Part shown: positions 48,101-54,600 of the stretch, piece by piece | Numbering within the stretch: the stretch's first letter is position 1 | Layout of the letters: each line of letters opens with the position of its first letter | Source: a virus | UHGV virus genome: UHGV-1374671 | Strand: one strand, 5' to 3' | DNA length: 64,000 nt | Made by a program: the position numbers and the translations under genes | Notes under the pieces: model-generated | Databases searched by the model: none | What the model saw: only the letters and a program-made list of their open reading frames with translations | What the model was told of the DNA's origin: nothing

Positions 48101-51100
48101 TCATGATTGACATCGATATCGATGACAACATGTATGCGACCGCCAATGGAATCATCACACACAACTCCAAGTACCCGTTGCAGGCCATCTCCCTGCTGGA
48201 GCGGGAAGCTCCTTTGGTGAGAGGGCTGGATGAGGCGTCCGGCAGGGACATCCCGTCGTTGGCAGGCAAGTATCTCGGCGCCAGATTCGCCAACCAGGGC
48301 GGCACCGTCACCGCTGTGCGCAAGGACCGCATCGACGTCGTCTACGACGACGGCACCAAGGGCAGCGTTTCCCTGTACCAGAATTTCCCGATGAACGCCA
48401 AGGGGTACATCACCAACACGCCTGTGGTGAAAGCGGGACAGTCCTTCAAGAAGGGAGATGTATTAGCGGCGTCGAACTATACAGACGACAAAGGCGTGGC
48501 GGCCATCGGCAAGAATCTGAGATCCGGCTGGCTGTCCTGGAAGGGCGGCACCTATGAAGACGCTGTTGTAATCTCCGAATCAGCCGCCAAGAAGTTGACC
48601 AGCCGTACCATGTACAAATCGGCAGTCGACCTCGACAAGACAGTCAGTTTGGGAAAGAAGAACTACGTCTCCTGGAAGCCGTCCGAGTACACCAAGGACC
48701 AGCTGTCGGCGCTGGATGACAACGGAATCATTAAGCCGGGTTCCGTGCTTCGCAAAGGAGACCCGATGATTCTGGCGGTGCAGACATCCGAACCCTCTCC
48801 CGGGACGCTTGGCAAGCGCGTGCTGACGGATATCTCCGAGACCTGGGAACACGACCATCCGGGTGTGGTCACTGACGTGGTCAAGACCAGGAAGGGTGTG
48901 AAGGTGTTTGCCATTGTGGAAGCACCTGCGGAAGTGGGGGACAAGGTAAGCGGGAACTTCGGCAACAAGGGAGTAGTCTCGCAGCTTGGTAGAGAGTCCC
49001 AGGAAGAACAGGACGACGAGAACCAGGACTTCCAGATCCAGAAGATCGTACCGGACGCCATGATGCCCATTGGAGAGGACGGCAAGCCTCTGGATCTGCT
49101 GTTCAGTCCTCTTGGGCTTATCTCCCGTACGAACGCTTCCCAGATCCACGAGGCTCTTCTGGGCAAGATCGCCCGTAAGACTGGAAAACCGTTCGTCATG
49201 CCGGCCTTCTACAAGGGCGACCTTACGGAGTTCGTGGAGAACCAGCTGAAACAGAACAAGGTCAGCGACACGGAAGACCTGACGGATCCTTATACCGGCA
49301 GGAAGATCCCCAAAGTGCTGACCGGTGTGTCGTACATCTACAAGCTCAAGCACCAGGCCGAGTCCAAGCTGTCCGCACGCGGTACTGCCGAGTACACTGC
49401 CGAGGGCACGCCGGGTGGTTCTGGACTCACTGGGAGCAAAAGGTACGGAACTTTGGAGCAGTCCGCGATGGTCGGCCACGGTGCGTTTGACAACCTGCTT
49501 GATGCGAAACTCCTGCGTGGCCAGTCGAACTCGGATTTCTGGCGCAGCATCCGTACTGGAGAGATCCCGACGATTCCTGGAGAGCCCCTGGTGCACAAGA
49601 AGTTCTTCGCCCACCTTACAGGCTCCGGTGTGAACGTGCGCAAAACCCCGAAGGGCATCAGCGTGTTCTCGTTGTCCAACGACGATGTGAAAGAACTTGC
49701 CGGCCCCCGTGAGCTGAAATCCAAGGACACCTACGAAGCCAAGACATTCCGTCCCATCGATGGAGGACTCTTTGGTCAGGACCTGTTCGGCCCCAATGGA
49801 GACCGCTGGGCATACATCCAGCTGGACGAACCTCTGCCGAACCCTGTAATGGAGGAGCCTCTGGCGCGTCTTCTCAGAATGTCCACCAAGGACTTCATGG
49901 CAGTGGCCGCCGGCAAGGCTGAAGTGAATGGAATGAAATCCTCCGCCGACATCAAGGAACGCCTGTCCAGGATCAACTTGAAGGCCGAGGAACAGCAGGC
50001 CAAGCAGGAGTTCAAGGACGCCCCGATGTCTAAGAAGGACGCGGCGCTGAAGCGTTATCGGGACATCGCCCGCATGGCTGCGAATGAAGTGTCCCCTGAC
50101 CAGTACATGCTGGATAGGATTCCGGTGCTGCCTCCTGTCTTCCGTCCTGTCAGTACGCACAACGGACTGACCATGGTGGCCGACAGCAACTACCTGTATG
50201 CGCAGATGCTGGACGCCAGAGACGACGCCCGGGAAGCCCGCAACCTGCCCAAGGAATACCAGCAGCAGGCCAGGGAAAACCTGTACCGAAGCTGGAAGGA
50301 GCTGACCGGCATGTACGAGCCCGAGAACGTGAAGCTGAAGAACAAGCACGTGCGGGGGCTTCTGAAGTGGGCGCTTGGTGACAGTCCAAAATGGTCCGCG
50401 TTTCAGAGAAAGGTATTGGGCTCCACGGTGGACACGGTAGGCCGTGGTGTTATCACTCCGGATCCGCGCCTGAAGCTGAACCAGCTCGGCGTTCCTCTGC
50501 CGATGGCGTTGGGCATCTATGAGCCGTTCGTTGCTCGATCCATGGTCAAGCAGGGGTACTCTCCTGTGGAAGCCATGAAGATGATCAAGGTCCAGGACAA
50601 GCGCGTGATACCAGTGCTGCTTAACGTGATGAAGAACAGCCCTGTGCAGCTGAATCGGGCACCTTCGCTCCACAAGCTGAACATCATGGGATTCGAGCCT
50701 GTGCTCACTGCCGGGCACGCTGTCCGGGTAAACCCGTCCATTGTGGTGCCCTTTGCGGCGGACTTCGACGGCAACTGCTGCGATTTTGATAGTGTAATTT
50801 TCCTAAAATTATCAAAATCTGCGCTTGAAAAAACTGCTTTTATGTGCTATGTTGATCATAGTAACAAACCCGAACAAAACAAGGAGGTTTCTATGATCAC
50901 GGAAGACACAAGAGTCGTGGTGTTCAACCCGGATGAGACTGACCCGGATACTGTGTACTGCTCTATGAAGATCGGGGAGTTCCCGCGTAAGGGGGTGCCG
51001 GTGAAAGACCGGAACGGTGCTTTGGTGTACCCGGTTCCAGAAGGGGTAAGCGTACTGTCCTGCGACCCAGTTACAGGTGCTCCGAAGTTCTGCCCTGTGT

Positions 51101-52542
51101 CGGCTGTAACAGTGGAGGAGAACTGCCATACGGTAGAGTTGACTCTCGGCAGCAGAAAGATCATCGTGTCGGATAACGAATCCCTGGCCGCGTTCGACAG
51201 CAAGGCAGGTACGTTGATCAAAGTGTCCCCGGCAGAGATCGGAGATCGGATGATTCCTGTTCTGAAAAAGCAGCAGCTGCCATATGGCCCGTTCGGCACC
51301 AGGGACCTCGGCTGGATGTTCGGTGCGTTCATCTCCGATGGCTGGGTCACGCACAATATGGTGGGATACGCCAAAGTGGAAGCCAACAAGCGTGCTGAGT
51401 TCGTCAGGATCATGCGTGCGTATCACGAGAACTTTACTTGCAACGAATACACTGATCGTCCGCAGGCTGGAAAGAACAAGTTGGGCGCCTCCGTTAAGTT
51501 GCACCTGTGCAGCAAATCCCTGGCAGACTGGATGCGCAACTGGCAGCTCATAAACGAGGACTGTCCTGCGGCAGAGCGTGCTGCGCTGCGGAAGCAGATA
51601 AACAGCAAGATGATTCAGTACGGCTCCGAGGACTTCCTGTGGGGGCTGTTCTCCGGTCTCCTGGACGGTGACGGGTCCATCAGCAAAAACACGACGATGG
51701 AGAAGCCGCGCTTTACAGCCAGATTCAGCACCTCCAGCAAACAGCTGGCGGACGACATCTGCGCACTGTGTTATCGACTGGGTCTGCGTTACTCCATGAC
51801 CGTGGTACCTCCCAGAGGATTCTCCAATACGGCATACATCATCATCCCGTCCACTATTGACTTGCATGCCAAGCTGGACAAGCTCACCTGTATTGGTGAG
51901 CGGGAGATTCAGCTTATCTCGGAATGGAAGCAGCAGCCGTCGTACAAAGACACCAAAGACATGATCCCGCTGTCTGTTAAAGAAGCGGAAGTGCTGATTA
52001 AGCTGGCGAACGCCAGGAAAGACGTAGGAGTGTCCTCCGGGATCTACAAGACTAGAAAGAAGTCCTGTATCTACGGTGGTCGTGTTGGGCTGATGCGTTA
52101 CTGCGAGGAAATCAAGGAGATGTTCCCTGAGTTATACGCCCGTATTAAAAACGAGGACACCATTTGGCAGACTGTCACTTCCGTGGAGGACGCCGGCAAT
52201 CGCCAGGTGTTCGACTTGATGGTTGAGGGTACGAAAGTGTTTGCCATCAACAACGGCGTGATTATCTGGGACACCGCCAACGTGCACGTACCGGTATCCG
52301 ACAACGCCAGACGGGAGACCTATGAGAAGATGTTCCCGGAACGCAATCTGATCTCCATGCGTGAGCGCAAGGTGCTGTACAAGCCCGAAAAGGAGTACAT
52401 GCAGGGGATCTACGTGGCGACCCGCATGAAGAAGGGCAAGGATGTCCGACCGAAGATCTTCGGATCTGTGGAAGAAGCGCGTCAAGCGTTACGCAAGGGC
52501 ATTATTGATATTGATGATCCTATTGAAATACGCAAGCAATAA
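45169..52542 (+). CDS. bacterial-type RNA polymerase: beta C-terminal half fused in frame to beta' N-terminal half, interrupted by two inteins
   Basis: Aligns by eye to E. coli beta: TRIGEGGVADVQS...PSYFGY vs RISALGPGGL...PTHYGR; GDKVSGNFGNKGVVSQ vs GDKMAGRHGNKGVISK; PLGLISRTNASQI vs PLGVPSRMNIGQI. Then directly to beta': TFRPIDGGLFGQDLFGP vs TFKPERDGLFCARIFGP; PVLPPVFRP; PVLLNRAPSLHKLNIMGFEP; FAADFDGN...TANVHVP vs NADFDGDQMAVHVP. Confidence 0.85.
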   Translation: MDDINVTPVLADSSTVENIQVRPQRPPKTAADWVRDMRMSPEVNKTTVGVETDRITPELLMATSSKLLGISRREQDPDPKDSLLFQRFYGPAEYFAEHILRDGNKVARNLLWKATNKGKIDFVPSGALDQHVSDVFYSSKLAQMIDGSSPLETVDASFKTTRIGEGGVADVQSAPDEMRTVQPSYFGYLDSVRCYSDDTELMTKNGWKFVTDITEDDELACYMDGRLEYHKPTALNVYDYKGKMYGYKGTHISYLVTPNHRMHSRCYGELRDGRPCGYNIRTAESIHGKNRVVDSACHLPLLCNEDQKYFELPVVGPNLKKEQVHGNPPMGASLKNVDKVDIVKFAEFLGWYLAEGSYVINETKGYYRVDIAQSPEVSAENYEHIRQLIESLPFNATNPGAEEKAKRGGHALSIARKQLTIYVSQFGKCEDKYIPEWIFSAPLQARKAFCWALLQGDGREQRHLCTKSKRLATDFARLLFELGESAKVYHEKETRYENHPGIWNVYWHTRKERLLAGKTHKHKEGEYFTEDYTGKVYCPTIPGGLVYCRRGEKSVGFWCGNSPERLRVGLDMYMTKNVVKGSDGKLYQRFINARTGKEELVDSVTASRSIVAAPEMMDADTKSIFALGGRTGVRIVPKDKVDYYLPRADDAYSMSSNMVPMFNGVKEMRLLMGCLHPGTPLITISAKNEINIKPAKSIGKNAYGVPGCDAKGKSLGYLIRNSIAKFPQKRKWFKKVVLMSGRSLITSYDHRWPVLRDDKLELVNASDLQPGDKVLRSTFKDLPNRRTFLRGVLVNKDVATLLGCIVRSVTKPDPDKLRVVYQPSQKKFIEAAIERLKLENSRFYANAGEKCLAIHDSNFIQWVEKEICLEPEERKVPTVILSACLDIASHFIDAYTADTTKVGIDSNEDMWILDIPSMICRDGLALLLARMQTDTLYRDAVRADGVNLALKLVEQTPTFGDSIVDEVKIILEVEKVPLMIDIDIDDNMYATANGIITHNSKYPLQAISLLEREAPLVRGLDEASGRDIPSLAGKYLGARFANQGGTVTAVRKDRIDVVYDDGTKGSVSLYQNFPMNAKGYITNTPVVKAGQSFKKGDVLAASNYTDDKGVAAIGKNLRSGWLSWKGGTYEDAVVISESAAKKLTSRTMYKSAVDLDKTVSLGKKNYVSWKPSEYTKDQLSALDDNGIIKPGSVLRKGDPMILAVQTSEPSPGTLGKRVLTDISETWEHDHPGVVTDVVKTRKGVKVFAIVEAPAEVGDKVSGNFGNKGVVSQLGRESQEEQDDENQDFQIQKIVPDAMMPIGEDGKPLDLLFSPLGLISRTNASQIHEALLGKIARKTGKPFVMPAFYKGDLTEFVENQLKQNKVSDTEDLTDPYTGRKIPKVLTGVSYIYKLKHQAESKLSARGTAEYTAEGTPGGSGLTGSKRYGTLEQSAMVGHGAFDNLLDAKLLRGQSNSDFWRSIRTGEIPTIPGEPLVHKKFFAHLTGSGVNVRKTPKGISVFSLSNDDVKELAGPRELKSKDTYEAKTFRPIDGGLFGQDLFGPNGDRWAYIQLDEPLPNPVMEEPLARLLRMSTKDFMAVAAGKAEVNGMKSSADIKERLSRINLKAEEQQAKQEFKDAPMSKKDAALKRYRDIARMAANEVSPDQYMLDRIPVLPPVFRPVSTHNGLTMVADSNYLYAQMLDARDDAREARNLPKEYQQQARENLYRSWKELTGMYEPENVKLKNKHVRGLLKWALGDSPKWSAFQRKVLGSTVDTVGRGVITPDPRLKLNQLGVPLPMALGIYEPFVARSMVKQGYSPVEAMKMIKVQDKRVIPVLLNVMKNSPVQLNRAPSLHKLNIMGFEPVLTAGHAVRVNPSIVVPFAADFDGNCCDFDSVIFLKLSKSALEKTAFMCYVDHSNKPEQNKEVSMITEDTRVVVFNPDETDPDTVYCSMKIGEFPRKGVPVKDRNGALVYPVPEGVSVLSCDPVTGAPKFCPVSAVTVEENCHTVELTLGSRKIIVSDNESLAAFDSKAGTLIKVSPAEIGDRMIPVLKKQQLPYGPFGTRDLGWMFGAFISDGWVTHNMVGYAKVEANKRAEFVRIMRAYHENFTCNEYTDRPQAGKNKLGASVKLHLCSKSLADWMRNWQLINEDCPAAERAALRKQINSKMIQYGSEDFLWGLFSGLLDGDGSISKNTTMEKPRFTARFSTSSKQLADDICALCYRLGLRYSMTVVPPRGFSNTAYIIIPSTIDLHAKLDKLTCIGEREIQLISEWKQQPSYKDTKDMIPLSVKEAEVLIKLANARKDVGVSSGIYKTRKKSCIYGGRVGLMRYCEEIKEMFPELYARIKNEDTIWQTVTSVEDAGNRQVFDLMVEGTKVFAINNGVIIWDTANVHVPVSDNARRETYEKMFPERNLISMRERKVLYKPEKEYMQGIYVATRMKKGKDVRPKIFGSVEEARQALRKGIIDIDDPIEIRKQ
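45748..48165 (+). mobile_element. intein 1 (806 aa) with LAGLIDADG homing endonuclease, in the beta segment
   Basis: Begins with Cys (CYSDDTELMTKNGWKFV), block B VTPNHRM, LAGLIDADG motifs LGWYLAEGSY and ALLQGDG, ends ...GIITHN followed by Ser. Confidence 0.7.
50776..52272 (+). mobile_element. intein 2 (499 aa) with LAGLIDADG endonuclease, inserted inside the NADFDGD catalytic loop of beta'; atypical C-terminus ...IIWD
   Basis: Starts CCDFDSVIF right after DFDGN. LAGLIDADG motifs MFGAFISDGW and LFSGLLDGDGSI. C-terminal block VFDLMVEGTKVFAINNGVIIWD followed by T(ANVHVP); the canonical ending would be VVHN. Confidence 0.6.
50780..50895 (+). promoter_or_regulatory. AT-rich island inside intein 2 with TTGAAA-N17-TATGTT, SD AAGGAGG and an in-frame ATG
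   Basis: tgtaattttcctaaaattatcaaaatctgcgcTTGAAAaaactgcttttatgtgcTATGTTgatcatagtaac...AAGGAGGtttctATG at 50893, same frame as the host ORF. Local GC is far below the surrounding ~58%. Confidence 0.45.
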
Positions 52543-52562
52543 CCCGAAGTGAGGCACAGCAT

Positions 52563-52751
52563 ATGCAGAGTATGAGACATCTCTACGGACTCGACAAACA
52601 GGCGGCTCAGAAGAAACAGGCCTTCGCCAAGAAGCTCGCCGACTTCATGCGTCACCAGCGCATGGAGGCGCAGCAGAAAGCCGCTGCTGCCGTCGAACGC
52701 GGTAAGAACAACGTCCTGGCCATGATCCGTCAGGCCTGCAACAGCAAATAA
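52563..52751 (+). CDS. small protein with RHLYGLxK N-terminus
   Basis: SD GAGG. MQSMRHLYGLDKQAA parallels the start of the next gene. Confidence 0.4.
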   Translation: MQSMRHLYGLDKQAAQKKQAFAKKLADFMRHQRMEAQQKAAAAVERGKNNVLAMIRQACNSK

Positions 52752-52762
52752 GGAGCGCGGCA

Positions 52763-53746
52763 ATGAGTGAGAAATACAGACATCTCTACGGACTGGGTAA
52801 AGCGGCTGTGGCTGTACTTACTCCGGAAGCAGAGCAAGCGGCTGTTCAGCCTCCGATGGACCCTGCCATGGCTGGCGGCGCTCCTCCGATGGATCCGATG
52901 GCGGCCGGAGGAATGCCTCCGCAGGGCGGCGCTGGAGCTCCTCCGATGGGTGGCGCTCCGATGCCGCCGCCGGCAGGCGGACAGATCCCGCCGGAAATCC
53001 TCCAGGACCAGATGTTCATCCAGTTTCTGCAGGAGGCGCTGGGGGTGTCCCTTGATCCGGCGTCGGGCATGTTCATGGGCCCGAATGGCGAACAGATCCC
53101 GCCCCAGCTTATCATTGAGGCCTACCAGGAGTTCCAGACGATGCAGGCCCAGGGCGGCATGCCGCCTGCAGGAGCTGGGGCTCCGCCTGCGGCAGGCATG
53201 GATCCGGCTATGGCAGCAGGTGGTGCTCCGATGCCGGCAGGAGCCCCGCCGATGGATCCCATGGCTGCGGGAATGCCTCCGGAAGCGGCTGGTGGAGTTC
53301 CTCCGGAAATGGGAGGAACCCCTGAAGAAGTGCCTCCGGAAATGGGCGCTGCACCTGAAGCAGGTGCTCCTGCGCCGGCTGCTGGACCGGAAGCGATGAT
53401 GCAGGAACTGCTGTCTGGAGTAGAGGCCGTGCTGCAGTCCTTCTCCGGAAAGCTGGACAAGCAGCTCAGTGCCATCCAGGACAAGATCGAGGCTCTGAAG
53501 ATGGATGTCGAATCACTGCGGGACACCACGGACCAGCGCACCAAGATGGAAGAGGACGAGGCTGCCCGTATCCGGGAAGAGCTGGAAGCAGAGCTTGTGC
53601 CCACCGCCGTTGCCCAGAAGGAGGCCAGCATTTCCATTCCGGCTCCGCAGCCGATCAAGATGCCGACCGTTGAGAACAAGCCGAGCACCAGGAAGCGTAC
53701 CGGCACTCCGAACCTGTTCTCCGTGATCCAGGGAGGAAAACGATGA
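52763..53746 (+). CDS. Pro/Ala/Met/Gly-rich low-complexity protein with RHLYGLxK N-terminus and coiled-coil C-terminus
   Basis: SD AAGGAG. MSEKYRHLYGLGKAAV. Repeats GGAPPMDPMAAGGMPP. Confidence 0.5.
   Translation: MSEKYRHLYGLGKAAVAVLTPEAEQAAVQPPMDPAMAGGAPPMDPMAAGGMPPQGGAGAPPMGGAPMPPPAGGQIPPEILQDQMFIQFLQEALGVSLDPASGMFMGPNGEQIPPQLIIEAYQEFQTMQAQGGMPPAGAGAPPAAGMDPAMAAGGAPMPAGAPPMDPMAAGMPPEAAGGVPPEMGGTPEEVPPEMGAAPEAGAPAPAAGPEAMMQELLSGVEAVLQSFSGKLDKQLSAIQDKIEALKMDVESLRDTTDQRTKMEEDEAARIREELEAELVPTAVAQKEASISIPAPQPIKMPTVENKPSTRKRTGTPNLFSVIQGGKR
52850..53350 (+). repeat. low-complexity Pro/Ala/Met-coding repeats
   Basis: Seen in the translation. Confidence 0.5.
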
Positions 53747-54585
53747 ACTATATCGAAGTACAGAAGATGCGGAAAGAAGCCGCATCGGAATCCAGTCTTG
53801 ACAAGTTCTTGATGAATCACGAGACTCTCGGCAAGCCCTACATGGAAAAAATGTCACCGCAGGAAATGCTGTATCACGGCGTAGGGGCCGTGGGCGGTGG
53901 AGCCCTCGGTTACATGCTGTCTCGTATGATCCATCGTAAGCCCAGCGGCATGCTGCGCGCCCTGTATACGCTGGGAGGCGCGGCTGCCGGTGGTGTTGCC
54001 CCGTACTATCTGCTGCGGGCCAAGAAGGATGAACAGGGGCTGACGGAAGCGGATCGCATGCGCCTCCAGGACGCTTGGGCGCATGCGCCCAAGGCACTGC
54101 AGGAAGCGCGCAATCAGGCAGAGGGACTGAAGCCCAATGGTGAGGAGCTGCCCAACGAGAAACCTATTCAGACCCGTATCGCGGATGCTATTCCCGGCAA
54201 TATATGGTGGTACGGCGGTGCTGGTGCGGCCATCGATGCCGGCAGATTCGCAAAAGAGCGTCTTAACATTTTTGAGCAGAACCGGAAGCTCCAGCCGAAC
54301 GAAGTGAAAGTAACGGTTAAGCCTCCCAAAGGCAAACCTACGACCACCACTACAACCGAGACTGCTGCCGAGAAACCGTATCCGCGTTTCTTCCCCACAA
54401 AGGAAGAGTTCAAGAAGACACCTGTGGCCGCTACCAACTACACGTTGTTTAAGCGCCTCAGAGGTACACTTGGCGGCGTCACGTTAGGTACGGTACTGGC
54501 GCTTCTCCGCAGCAAGGCAGGAGACAATCAAGTTCTTGACCCGCTGTCCAAGGAGAACTTGGACCAAGCGCTGCAGAACAAGTAA
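53743..54585 (+). CDS. glycine-zipper 2TM membrane protein
   Basis: VGAVGGGALGYMLS...LYTLGGAAAGGVAPYYLL. Confidence 0.5.
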   Translation: MNYIEVQKMRKEAASESSLDKFLMNHETLGKPYMEKMSPQEMLYHGVGAVGGGALGYMLSRMIHRKPSGMLRALYTLGGAAAGGVAPYYLLRAKKDEQGLTEADRMRLQDAWAHAPKALQEARNQAEGLKPNGEELPNEKPIQTRIADAIPGNIWWYGGAGAAIDAGRFAKERLNIFEQNRKLQPNEVKVTVKPPKGKPTTTTTTETAAEKPYPRFFPTKEEFKKTPVAATNYTLFKRLRGTLGGVTLGTVLALLRSKAGDNQVLDPLSKENLDQALQNK

Positions 54586-54600
54586 GCAGAAACAGGGATT

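Noticed and set aside
48580-50718. 712-aa minus-strand ORF
   Set aside because: Antisense to the RNAP beta/beta' ORF, whose sense strand matches RpoB/RpoC block by block.
50776-52272. Alternative reading of the element in the DFDGD loop as a group I intron carrying a free-standing HEG with its own promoter and RBS
   Set aside because: The element is in frame throughout with no stops. It starts with Cys and an intein-like block A, contains a recognisable Hint block F/G (VFDLMVEGTKVFAINNGVIIWD), and its removal restores exact extein colinearity. An intein fits better, although the AT-rich island is kept as a finding.
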